From contig OY969116.1 of the NCBI GenBank assembly GCA_963698075.1, forward strand, positions 313,010-377,009: 64,000 bases of DNA, given 5' to 3'. This DNA comes from an uncultured Candidatus Berkelbacteria bacterium (lineage in GTDB: Bacteria; Patescibacteriota; UBA1384; UBA12157; JAENIV01). Of the stretch, positions 9,174 through 18,109 are shown piece after piece. Every line of letters begins with the position of its first letter. Positions within the stretch are counted from its first letter, which is position 1. The position numbers were made by a program, and so were the translations under genes. Under the pieces are notes generated by a model, which was not told where the DNA came from, searched no databases, and saw nothing but the letters and a program-made list of their open reading frames with translations.

Positions 9174-10058
9174 ATGAAAGAATGCTACCTCTATCAAAAA
9201 TCAGGCGATTACACCGTTTGTGCTACTTGCAACCACCGCTGTCGGATTGCGCCTTATAAACGCGGTATTTGTGGAGTAAGAGAGAATCAGCAAGGAAAAT
9301 TACATCTTTTAGTCTATGGTCGAATTATTGCTGAAAATATTGACCCAATCGAAAAAAAGCCCTTGTATCATTTTATGCCCGGAACTTCCTCTCTTTCTAT
9401 CGCCACTGTTGGCTGTAATTTTCGTTGTCTTTGGTGCCAAAACTGGGATATCGCCCAATGCACTAAAGACAATGCCGACCGCACCGAAATTACCAGTAAA
9501 ATGGGCATTGAAATGGAACCGGAACAAATAGTTGAAGACGCCAAAAAATACGGCTGTCCCTCAATTTCTTATACTTATACTGAACCGACAATTTTTCTCG
9601 AATTTGCCTTAGATACCATGAAACTGGCAAAAAAAGCGGGTCTAAAAAATGTTTGGGTCTCCAACGGCTATATGACAACGGAGACACTTGATTTAATCAC
9701 GCCATATCTGGATGCGATTAATGTAGATTTAAAGGGATTTAGCGAAGAAAATTATTTAAAATATTCCGGGGCCAAGTTACAGCCGGTCCTAGATAATATC
9801 CGCGAGATCTATAAACGCAAGATCCATCTTGAAGTCACGACTTTGATCGTCCCAGGGGTTAATGATGACGAAAAACAACTAAATGATATCGCCCAATTTC
9901 TCGCCTCGATATCAAAAAACATTCCCTGGCATATTTCCCGGTTTTTCCCAGCCTACAAAATGCCCGATACACCGGTAACGCCCATTGAGACCTTAGAACT
10001 GGCCGAAAAACTTGGCAAAAAAGCTGGTTTAAAGTATATTCATTTAGGAAATATTTAA
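9174..10058 (+). CDS. AmmeMemoRadiSam system radical SAM enzyme
   Basis: CNFRCLWC CxxxCxxC motif; PFL-activase-like architecture; immediately followed by Memo-like and AMMECR1 genes. Confidence 0.7.
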   Translation: MKECYLYQKSGDYTVCATCNHRCRIAPYKRGICGVRENQQGKLHLLVYGRIIAENIDPIEKKPLYHFMPGTSSLSIATVGCNFRCLWCQNWDIAQCTKDNADRTEITSKMGIEMEPEQIVEDAKKYGCPSISYTYTEPTIFLEFALDTMKLAKKAGLKNVWVSNGYMTTETLDLITPYLDAINVDLKGFSEENYLKYSGAKLQPVLDNIREIYKRKIHLEVTTLIVPGVNDDEKQLNDIAQFLASISKNIPWHISRFFPAYKMPDTPVTPIETLELAEKLGKKAGLKYIHLGNI

Positions 10059-10066
10059 GGAATAAA

Positions 10067-10885
10067 ATGTCTCTTAATTTTGCTGCCATCACCCCTCATC
10101 CCCCAATAATTATCCCCGGAATCGGTTCTCCGAAAGATTTAGAAAAAGTTGCCTTAACCGTCCAGGCGATGCGTAAATTAGCCAATTCCTTCCGCGAAGC
10201 CGAAATTGAAACATTACTGGTTATATCCCCCCATACTTTAGTCTATCCCGACCGTTTCAATATCGGCGGCATGAAAAAACTTTTTGGCACTTTTGCCCCT
10301 TTCGGGGCACCCGATGTAATGCTGGAATTTCCGAACGACATTGACCTTGCCCGAGAAATTGACGCTCAGGCTAATCAACAAGACATTAAAACCCTACTCT
10401 ATGACAATAGCGGCGAATTTTTTGAACTTGACCATGGAATTATGGTGCCTTTGTATTATCTGACTATGCAACAGGAATCCGCTCTGAAGGTCATCCCTCT
10501 CGCCTATTCCAATTTAGACCGCGCCAAACATTTTGCTTTTGGCCAGATTATTGGCGAGGTTATCAAGAAAAACCCGACGAGGATTGGCATCGTTGCCTCC
10601 GGCGATCTTTCCCATCGTCTAATCCAAGGCGCACCAGGTGGATACTCCGAGGCCGGTAAAAAATTCGATCAGAAATTGGTCGACGATTTAAAAGCTGGCA
10701 ATATTCAAGAAGTCATGTTCTATGACGAAGAATTTGTTGATGATGCTGGCGAATGCGGCTACCGCTCAATCTTGATTTTGTTGGGTATTTTAGATGGACT
10801 TTCTCTTAAGCCCGAGATAGTATCTTATGAAGGTCCTTTTGGCGTCGGTTATTTAGTCGCCAATTACCCACTCAAAAATGACTAA
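10067..10885 (+). CDS. AmmeMemoRadiSam system protein B (Memo-like / class III extradiol dioxygenase fold)
   Basis: TPHPPIIIPG, ISPHT, DHGIMVPL, IVASGDLSHRL parallel Memo-family APHAGY..GPSHH..EHSIEM..SSDFCH positions. Confidence 0.6.
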   Translation: MSLNFAAITPHPPIIIPGIGSPKDLEKVALTVQAMRKLANSFREAEIETLLVISPHTLVYPDRFNIGGMKKLFGTFAPFGAPDVMLEFPNDIDLAREIDAQANQQDIKTLLYDNSGEFFELDHGIMVPLYYLTMQQESALKVIPLAYSNLDRAKHFAFGQIIGEVIKKNPTRIGIVASGDLSHRLIQGAPGGYSEAGKKFDQKLVDDLKAGNIQEVMFYDEEFVDDAGECGYRSILILLGILDGLSLKPEIVSYEGPFGVGYLVANYPLKND

Positions 10886-11408
10886 AATGAACGCTTGTGT
10901 TGATTTGGCTCAAAAAACAATCAAAGACTATTTAATAGATGGTCGAATTTTTGACGCCGATTTGGCCCCAGAGACTTTAAGAAAAAATCGCGCTGGTTGT
11001 TTCGTCTCTTTGCACTTAAAAGATAATAAGGAATTACGCGGATGTATTGGCACGATTTTGCCAACCTGCAAAAATCTCGCTGGTGAAATTATTAACAATG
11101 CTATTTCTGCCTGTCGGGATCCGAGATTTACGCCGGTAACTAAAGAAGAATTGGATAACTTGGATATTTCGGTCGATGTTTTAAGCGATCCAGAACCGAT
11201 TTCTTCGGTTAAATCCCTTGAACCAAAAAAATATGGCGTGATTGTCAAAGCCAAAGACGGCCGTACCGGATTGCTCCTTCCTGATTTAGAAGGAATAGAT
11301 GACGCCGCCTATCAAGTGGCCATTGCTAAACAGAAGGCTGGGATATTACCAGACGAATCGGTATATCTTTACCGTTTTACTGTCGAGAGACATAAGGAAA
11401 TAACTTAA
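10878..11408 (+). CDS. AmmeMemoRadiSam system protein A (AMMECR1 domain)
   Basis: AGCFVSLH...LRGCIGT hallmark of AMMECR1. Confidence 0.75.
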   Translation: MTKMNACVDLAQKTIKDYLIDGRIFDADLAPETLRKNRAGCFVSLHLKDNKELRGCIGTILPTCKNLAGEIINNAISACRDPRFTPVTKEELDNLDISVDVLSDPEPISSVKSLEPKKYGVIVKAKDGRTGLLLPDLEGIDDAAYQVAIAKQKAGILPDESVYLYRFTVERHKEIT

Positions 11409-11423
11409 TTCGAAAGGAGTCCT

Positions 11424-12389
11424 GTGGGAGAAAAACCTTCGTTTAGCCCTGAAGAAAATTATGCTCAATTTAAAGAAACTCAAAGAAAAAAACAAGAACT
11501 AGCTTTGAAAAAAGGTCAATTCGATGCTAGTAATTGGCTGGTTAAACTTTTTCACAAAAGATCATTTGCTAAAGAGTACCAACAAATAGCATCTAAGTCG
11601 GCTCAATTAGAAAAAGAAAGTGAAAGGATGATTGCGGATGCAAAATTTCATATGAGGCAAATACAACAAGAAGCACAGATCGAAGAAATTAAAAGAAATC
11701 CCCAAGTATTAAAAACTTTGGAAGATGATTATTCACGCCTAGACGACAGTGAAAGAGACCGTTTTTTTAATCAAAGAATTCCTATTGCGGTAGCCTTTGC
11801 TCGAGGATATGTTTTGCGAGGAAAAGATTTTTCCAGCGCAGGACTCTTACCAAGTGAGAAGACTAATGGTCATATTGAATTCACTAAGCCATGGAGACCG
11901 GAAGATTTTGAATTAGGTAGATATTCCGGTCCAGAAAGACAACCTGACCAGAACGTCGTCAAGTTGGACGAAAGTGGTAAACTTAGTACGTCAGCATTAA
12001 GAAATGCTCTACTCACATTATTTGAGCCAACGCAAGAACTAATTGCAAAAGACGAAGCTGCAGCCTCAATTAGTCCAACACTATGGAACAGAGAGCTTTT
12101 AAAAATTGTAAATTCTTTGTCTGAATTAAATCGATTTTTAACCTATCTTTCACCTCATTTAGTTGAGACTAGTATAAATTTAGAAGAAGTTTACGAAGGC
12201 AGTAGGCATCTACCAAAGGCGGATCTAGGGAGAATGAATGTTTTACCTTCTAGGTCTTATCAGAACGCAGCGCTTGGTGAATTCTATTATGTTAACACAG
12301 TTTCGGGTATATATACGCTTTATCCGCTTCTAATCGAAAAAATTAAAGAATCCCAAGAATCTAATCCTGACGTATTCTCAAACTCTTAG
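11424..12389 (+). CDS. Hypothetical protein (GTG start), coiled-coil N-terminus
   Basis: 321-aa ORF with no motif I can recognise; starts gtgggagaaaaacc. Confidence 0.3.
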   Translation: MGEKPSFSPEENYAQFKETQRKKQELALKKGQFDASNWLVKLFHKRSFAKEYQQIASKSAQLEKESERMIADAKFHMRQIQQEAQIEEIKRNPQVLKTLEDDYSRLDDSERDRFFNQRIPIAVAFARGYVLRGKDFSSAGLLPSEKTNGHIEFTKPWRPEDFELGRYSGPERQPDQNVVKLDESGKLSTSALRNALLTLFEPTQELIAKDEAAASISPTLWNRELLKIVNSLSELNRFLTYLSPHLVETSINLEEVYEGSRHLPKADLGRMNVLPSRSYQNAALGEFYYVNTVSGIYTLYPLLIEKIKESQESNPDVFSNS

Positions 12390-12398
12390 TATGTAACT

Positions 12399-12755
12399 AT
12401 GCAAATAGCTCAAATTGTTCCCAAAGTGAGAACTCAAGATGAGGGTGTTTTTGATTATGCGATACCACCGGCATTATTGCCAATGATAAAAGTTGGTCTC
12501 CTAACCGAAATCCCCTTTCACGGTCGAAAAATTGAAGGGATAATAGTTAAATTAAAATCCAAATCGCATGCGGTACAAATTTCAAATCTCAAATCTATTT
12601 CAAATATTATCGATCCAGTCCCTGCTGTTGATGATACCCATATCAAACTTGCCCAATGGATGACGAATTATTATTTGGAGCCGTTAGGAAAAACTCTCTT
12701 TGAATTTATCGTCCCGCCGGCCAAAAGAACCATTAAAAAACTGGCCCATGAATAA
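12399..12755 (+). CDS. priA: Primosomal protein N' N-terminal (3'-DNA-binding) domain, as a separate ORF
   Basis: 118 aa; stop TAA overlaps ATG of the next ORF (ATGAATAA at 12748-12755); PriA-type N-terminus. Confidence 0.55.
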   Translation: MQIAQIVPKVRTQDEGVFDYAIPPALLPMIKVGLLTEIPFHGRKIEGIIVKLKSKSHAVQISNLKSISNIIDPVPAVDDTHIKLAQWMTNYYLEPLGKTLFEFIVPPAKRTIKKLAHE

Positions 12756-14190
12756 AAAATATTTAATTATTGGCGACTTTCAAACGAGATTAAAGTTCTA
12801 TTTGGCGGCTATCCAAAAAACGCTGACTAAAAATCATTCAATAATTATTTTAGTCCCTGATTTATCGCTGATTTCATATTTTACTCGGTATTTCAAAAAT
12901 CCTTATTCAATTCTGCACGCCGGCCTAAAAAAAACCGAGCGTTGGCTCGAATGGAACCGTATTCGCGAAGGAAAAGTAAAAATTATCATTGGTTCACAAT
13001 CAGCTCTTTTTGCGCCGGTAAAAAATTTGGGCTTAATTATCATTGATCAAGAAGAAAATGAAACCTATAAAAACGACCGATCACCAAGATTCCACGCTGT
13101 CCGGGTGGCCGAAGAATTATCTCGCCTCGCCAGGACCAATTTAGTTCTGGGAAGCATCTTGCCGCGTGTCGAAACCTATCATCAAGCGATTAAAGGCAAA
13201 TATCAAATCCTCAAAAAATCGGCCTTAGCTTCCAAGAATATTACCATTGTCGATATGAATTCGGAAAAATATGTTATTTCAAATACCTTGGAAAAAGAAA
13301 TTGAAAATACATTAATTCAAAAACAAAAAATATTATTAGTTCTCAATCGCAAAGGCGAAGGGACAAAATTTTCTTGTACCGATTGCGGTTGGATTGCTCT
13401 TTGTGAAAAATGCGGCCTGCCCTTGATTCCTCAAAGAGCGGAAAATGTTTGTTATCGCTGTGAGAAATCATCTCCCCCGCCTTTATCCTGTCCAAAATGC
13501 CGCGGCGTTCATCTGAAACCAATGGGTTTGGGCACGGCCCGCTTAAAAAAATTTGTAACCGATTTATTCCCGAAGGCAAAAATCATCCAGGTCGAAAAGG
13601 AAAGCGACGGCCGTCTTGTTAGATACAACTGGGATATTGCCATCACGACAATTTACGGGCTCAAATTCAGCTGGCCGAAAATTGGTTTGGTTGGCATAAT
13701 CGACGCTGACCAAGGTTTGAATTTTCCTGATTTTTCGAGCCCTCAAAAAACTTTCCAAAATTTATATAAATTTTTACGAATAGGCGAGAGGGGAATAGTC
13801 CAAACTCATTTGCCAGAAAACTATTGTTTACGGGCTCTGGCAGGCTTAAACTATGAAAGATTTTTCTTAGATGAAATCACCCAAAGACGAAAATTTGCCT
13901 TTCCGCCGTTTAATCGCCTTGTTCGCCTTTTATTCAAAAATGCTGATGAAGAAAAAGCCAAAAAAGAAACAGTGAGAATATACCAATCACTAATCACCAA
14001 TCACTTTCCACTAACCACTATCTCCAGACCACATCCCGCTTTCATTTCCAAAGAACGCGGGAAATATCGCTATCAGATTGTAATAAAAATCTCAAGCCTA
14101 AGATCTAAGTTCTCAAATCAGTTAAAAGATACTTTACGAACTCTTCCCAAGGGCTGGATTATTGACGTCGATCCCGTGAATTTGCTATGA
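12748..14190 (+). CDS. priA: PriA helicase-core-like protein with degenerate motifs plus Cys4 zinc module
   Basis: LIIIDQEENETYKNDRSPRFHAVRVA aligns to E. coli PriA motif II region (IVIDEEHDSSYKQ..RYHARD) with DEEH changed to DQEE. No Walker A GKT near the start. CTDCGW..CEKCG..CYRCE..CPKCRG zinc-binding region retained. Confidence 0.65.
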   Translation: MNKKYLIIGDFQTRLKFYLAAIQKTLTKNHSIIILVPDLSLISYFTRYFKNPYSILHAGLKKTERWLEWNRIREGKVKIIIGSQSALFAPVKNLGLIIIDQEENETYKNDRSPRFHAVRVAEELSRLARTNLVLGSILPRVETYHQAIKGKYQILKKSALASKNITIVDMNSEKYVISNTLEKEIENTLIQKQKILLVLNRKGEGTKFSCTDCGWIALCEKCGLPLIPQRAENVCYRCEKSSPPPLSCPKCRGVHLKPMGLGTARLKKFVTDLFPKAKIIQVEKESDGRLVRYNWDIAITTIYGLKFSWPKIGLVGIIDADQGLNFPDFSSPQKTFQNLYKFLRIGERGIVQTHLPENYCLRALAGLNYERFFLDEITQRRKFAFPPFNRLVRLLFKNADEEKAKKETVRIYQSLITNHFPLTTISRPHPAFISKERGKYRYQIVIKISSLRSKFSNQLKDTLRTLPKGWIIDVDPVNLL

Positions 14191-14232
14191 TAGTGGCGAC
14201 GATACCCCGCCGAAAGGACGCCAACCACGACC

Positions 14233-14667
14233 ATGAGCAAAGAGTTAATGGTTTTTCTGGCCGGGCTTATTTTCTTACTCATAATCGCGGTTCTATCACT
14301 CCTTCATGGCTATCTGCATTATCGACGCCGAGAGCTTGAACGTCGAGAGTCACAACCAGTCGTCCAAGATGTAATTTCCAGGCTCGTCAACGCCTTATCC
14401 TTTTGGGCCAAGATCCAATTACTCCAACAAACGAAAAGCACCGTCTTCCTTGCCAAAGGTTCAAGTGTTATCTTTCGCTGCCCAAAATCAAGCTGTGATC
14501 ATTGGTGTGAGGGTTTCTACTCCTGTCCTGAGTGCCACCATTATCCTTCCTTTACTTCAAAGGAACGAGACCTTATTACGTTAATCCCCCACAAAACCGC
14601 CGAACTCTCTGCTTTGAAAGAAGCTGTCCACAGAATCAACGCACCCTCCTTAGACATCGGCCTTTAA
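14233..14667 (+). CDS. Hypothetical membrane-anchored Cys/His-rich protein
   Basis: N-terminal TM helix; CPKSSCDHWCEGFYSCPECHH cluster. Confidence 0.3.
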   Translation: MSKELMVFLAGLIFLLIIAVLSLLHGYLHYRRRELERRESQPVVQDVISRLVNALSFWAKIQLLQQTKSTVFLAKGSSVIFRCPKSSCDHWCEGFYSCPECHHYPSFTSKERDLITLIPHKTAELSALKEAVHRINAPSLDIGL

Positions 14668-14756
14668 AGCCATTTGTCGGATCATTCTACCGTAGCAAAA
14701 CGCTACGGTTTTCTGTTATCTTAGGATATGGTAGAATGAACTTAAAGGATGGGAAA

Positions 14757-15926
14757 ATGAGAAAATTAAAGATCGGCATTTTTACCGAATGTTATCATCC
14801 GGTACTCAATGGCGTGGTGGTTTCGATTGAAACTTTTCGTCAAGCCCTTGAAAAACGTGGGTTTGAGTTTTTCATTTTCACCACTCAATGTCCGGGTTAT
14901 CACGAAAAAAATGCCCGCGTCAGGCGATTTAACTCAATGATCCCCTTCCCGTCCAAAGGCGGACGTTATCCGATTGCCTGGCCGCAAATCGCCAGATTGC
15001 AAGCCCCACGCATCGCGCCATCAAATCTTGACCTCATTCACAGCCAGCATCTTTTGGGTATTGGTCATTTAGGTCTAAAAGTTGGCAGAATCCTAAAAAT
15101 TCCGACCATCCTCACTTACCACACCCTCTTGGCTGAATACACCCATTACGCGCCCGGAATAGGGGCAATTTTAAAATGGTATCTAATCCATGCCAGCCGA
15201 GAAATTTCCAACCAATACGATCGAATTGTCACCCCTTCACCATCGATGAAAAGGGTTTTACGTTCCTATGGCGTCAGACGTCCAATTGAACCCATCCCTA
15301 CCGGCGTTAATATTGCTGATTTTCAAAATCATTATTCAAAAGAGGAAATCAGAAAAAAATGGCAAATACCCGAGCACCAAAAAATCCTTCTTTACGTCAG
15401 CCGAATCGCCAAAGAAAAAAATCTTGACTTTCTCTTTGAATCTATTGAACGAATAGCTACCAAGCGTGATGATTTTCATCTTTTGATGGTTGGTGGCGGA
15501 CCAGAGCTTAAATACTATCAAGCAAAAATCCACGAGTGGCATCTGAAACCATTCGTCACTTTTACTGGAATGCAACCCAAAAAAGAAGCTAACCGTTTTT
15601 ATGGCGCGGCGGATATCTTTGTCTTCCCCTCAATCACCGAAACCCAAGGAATTGTGGTCACCGAAGCCATGGCTGCCGGTGTGCCGGCAGTGGCTGTCAA
15701 TCAAATGGGACCAAGCGATATTATCCAAGATGGGATTGACGGCTTTCTTGTGCCCTTGAAAACGGATGAATTTACTGCTAAAATAGAACTTCTGCTTGAC
15801 GATGATAACTTAAGAACCAGGATGGGCCGCGAAGCTCGCCAGAACGCTCGTAAGTTCTCAGTCGAAGCTTGCGCCCAGAAAATGGAAAAAATATATGAAA
15901 GAACCATCGATCATCACCGTTCCTAA
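14757..15926 (+). CDS. GT4 family glycosyltransferase
   Basis: ETQGIVVTEAMAAGVPAVAVN (EX7E-type motif) and GT-B layout; SD aaggatggg 5 nt before ATG 14757. Confidence 0.7.
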   Translation: MRKLKIGIFTECYHPVLNGVVVSIETFRQALEKRGFEFFIFTTQCPGYHEKNARVRRFNSMIPFPSKGGRYPIAWPQIARLQAPRIAPSNLDLIHSQHLLGIGHLGLKVGRILKIPTILTYHTLLAEYTHYAPGIGAILKWYLIHASREISNQYDRIVTPSPSMKRVLRSYGVRRPIEPIPTGVNIADFQNHYSKEEIRKKWQIPEHQKILLYVSRIAKEKNLDFLFESIERIATKRDDFHLLMVGGGPELKYYQAKIHEWHLKPFVTFTGMQPKKEANRFYGAADIFVFPSITETQGIVVTEAMAAGVPAVAVNQMGPSDIIQDGIDGFLVPLKTDEFTAKIELLLDDDNLRTRMGREARQNARKFSVEACAQKMEKIYERTIDHHRS

Positions 15927-17433
15927 TGAGAAACTTTCCGAGGCGACAAGTAAAGTCACCTCTTTTGTGCAAGATTCTAATGAGCTTAAAAAACAAATCC
16001 GAAATATGGTGGCAATCCTGCGCCAAGAAGGCGGTATTGGTCTGGCTGCTAACCAATTGGGTTATGATAATCAAGTCCTAGCTATTGAATTTAAGGAATC
16101 TGATCAAAAGTCTTCTAAAAAGTCCTCGAAAAAAAATGCGGAAAAGACGGAAATCCCTTTGACAATTTTTGTAAATCCCGAAATTGTCGAATACGGGAAA
16201 ACAATTGAATGCTTTGAAGAGGGATGTCTTTCGGTGCCTAAAATCGAACTTGAAGTTGAGCGGCCGACCCAAATTAAAATTAAATATCAAAACGAAAAAG
16301 GGAAAAAAATCAAAGCCGCCCCCAAAGGTTTGCTCGCCCGCATCCTTCAGCATGAAATTGATCATCTGGGTGGCATCATCTTTACCGAACGTGTCAGAGA
16401 GCAGTTTTTTCAAAAATACCCAGAGTTGAAAAAACTAAAAATCGCATTTTTCGGTAGCGGAGAGTTTGGGGCTATCATTTTAGAAGGTTTAATCTTACTT
16501 GGGCTGAATCTCGATATCTATACGGAAAAATCAAAACCGGCCGGCCGCAGCCAAGTAACTCGCGCGACGCCCGTGGCAGAAGTGGCTAAAAAGTTTGGAA
16601 AAGATTATTTTGAAGTAGAAGCGAGCCAAGTATCCTCAAAAGTAAATCGCGGAGGCGAGCCGCACGGACAAGGGCGAGCCGAGCGTTTAGACCCGATTTC
16701 CTCGCAGGGGAAATCGAGGTCGGTACTTTTGACGGATGCTGGCGAGCGACCATTTGATTCTCTCGTCTGTGTTGATTTTGGTCAAAAAATCCCCGAATCG
16801 ATATTAAAACAAGCCAAAATTGCCGCCCTCAATATTCATCCCTCGCTTTTACCAAAATATATCGGCCCGACACCAATTCAAACGGCGATACTTAATGGCG
16901 ATAAGAAAACTGGCGTGTCAATTATTCAAATGACCGATAAAATTGATCAAGGCCCGCTTTATTCCCAAATTGAAACGGAAATTCTCGAAAACGATACCAC
17001 ACCCCTTCTCCACGACCGCCTCGCCACTTTGGGTCTAAAATTATTAATCAAAACCTTACCCAAAATCGTCCGTGGCGAAATCGAAACTGTCAGTCAGGAT
17101 TTATCCAAAACGATAAGGACGCGCAAATTCACTAAAGCCAATGGTGAAATTGACTGGCGAAAATCCCCCAAAAAAATTGATGCCAAAATCCGCGCCTTTT
17201 CCCCTTGGCCGGGTTCGTATACCCGCCTGCCAGCGCCTGAAGCCGCAGGCAATGGCGGGCAGGCTTTCGTCGATAATAAACGCCTAATTATCCACAAAGC
17301 TCATATTAAAAAAGACAAATTAGTTCTCGACATAGTTCAGAGTGAGGGCAAAAAACCAATGAAATTTTCTGAATTTTTACGCGGCTTTCACGGTCCAAAA
17401 CCGGAGTGGTTTAGGAAAGTATTATTGACATAA
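15895..17433 (+). CDS. fmt: Peptide deformylase - methionyl-tRNA formyltransferase fusion (single 512-aa ORF)
   Basis: N-terminal GIGLAANQLG, EGCLSVP, QHEIDHLGG (PDF motifs). C-terminal IAFFGSGEFG ... NIHPSLLPKYIGPTPIQ ... WRK..FSPWPG (Fmt). No stop or start between the two parts. Overlaps the upstream GT4 gene by 32 nt. Confidence 0.75.
   Translation: MKEPSIITVPNEKLSEATSKVTSFVQDSNELKKQIRNMVAILRQEGGIGLAANQLGYDNQVLAIEFKESDQKSSKKSSKKNAEKTEIPLTIFVNPEIVEYGKTIECFEEGCLSVPKIELEVERPTQIKIKYQNEKGKKIKAAPKGLLARILQHEIDHLGGIIFTERVREQFFQKYPELKKLKIAFFGSGEFGAIILEGLILLGLNLDIYTEKSKPAGRSQVTRATPVAEVAKKFGKDYFEVEASQVSSKVNRGGEPHGQGRAERLDPISSQGKSRSVLLTDAGERPFDSLVCVDFGQKIPESILKQAKIAALNIHPSLLPKYIGPTPIQTAILNGDKKTGVSIIQMTDKIDQGPLYSQIETEILENDTTPLLHDRLATLGLKLLIKTLPKIVRGEIETVSQDLSKTIRTRKFTKANGEIDWRKSPKKIDAKIRAFSPWPGSYTRLPAPEAAGNGGQAFVDNKRLIIHKAHIKKDKLVLDIVQSEGKKPMKFSEFLRGFHGPKPEWFRKVLLT
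16621..16749. mobile_element. MITE-like element copy 2, 129 bp inserted in-frame within fmt
   Basis: GCGAGCCAAGTATCCTCAAAAGT ... ACTTTTGACGGATGCTGGCGAGCGA. Adds 43 codons (ASQVSSKVNRGGEPHGQGRAERLDPISSQGKSRSVLLTDAGER) between DYFEVE and PFDSLVCVDFG, the position where E. coli Fmt has a short linker. Confidence 0.5.
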
Positions 17434-17461
17434 GATAAAAAGTCCTGTAAAATTTAAATAT

Positions 17462-18019
17462 ATGTTAGCTATCAGACTTCGCCGGCAAGGCAAAAAGGGA
17501 CAACCAAGTTATCGCATTGTCGTGGCCGACCAAAAGGCCCCGATTTTGGGTAAATATATTGAAATGCTCGGCCATTACAATCCTTTCACCAAGGCCATCG
17601 TTTTGGATAACCAAAAAGCCCTGGGCTGGCTCAAAAAAGGTGCCAAACCCTCAAATACAGTGGCGAAATTAATGCAAAAGCAGGGGCTTAAACACAATTC
17701 AATTGTGATCAAAAAATTCCGCGCGGTTTCTAAAGCCGAACTGGAAAAACAAAAAGCCGCGGAAGAAACCAAAAGAGCCGAAGAAGCGGCCAAAAAAGAA
17801 GCTGCCAAGGCGGCCTTCGAAGAACAAGTTGAGAAAGAAAAAGCGGCTGAACCCAAGGAAGATAAACTCCAGGCAATGGCCGAAGAATCAATTAAAGAAG
17901 TGAAAGAAGAAGTCAAACCAGCTGAGAAAAGAAAAAGAAGCGAGCGAAGCGAAGTCCGTCGAAGCCGAAGGCGAAGTGCGGAAAAAGCCGAAAGAAGAAA
18001 AAGGATCTTGATTTATTGA
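17462..18019 (+). CDS. rpsP: 30S ribosomal protein S16 with ~100-aa K/A/E-rich C-terminal extension
   Basis: MLAIRLRRQGKKGQPSYRIVVAD..GHYNP is the S16 core; low-complexity tail. Confidence 0.8.
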   Translation: MLAIRLRRQGKKGQPSYRIVVADQKAPILGKYIEMLGHYNPFTKAIVLDNQKALGWLKKGAKPSNTVAKLMQKQGLKHNSIVIKKFRAVSKAELEKQKAAEETKRAEEAAKKEAAKAAFEEQVEKEKAAEPKEDKLQAMAEESIKEVKEEVKPAEKRKRSERSEVRRSRRRSAEKAERRKRILIY

Positions 18020-18109
18020 AAGATTTGTGATATATTGATACACTTAAATTGGTAAGTGATAGCAGTCACGGTCGAGCTGCTTAAAAGATACGATCCATCG
18101 GAGCAAATC

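Noticed and set aside
8961-9197. 78-aa minus-strand ORF between thpR and the radical SAM gene
   Set aside because: Lies almost entirely within the MITE-like element copy 1. No RBS or recognisable protein features.
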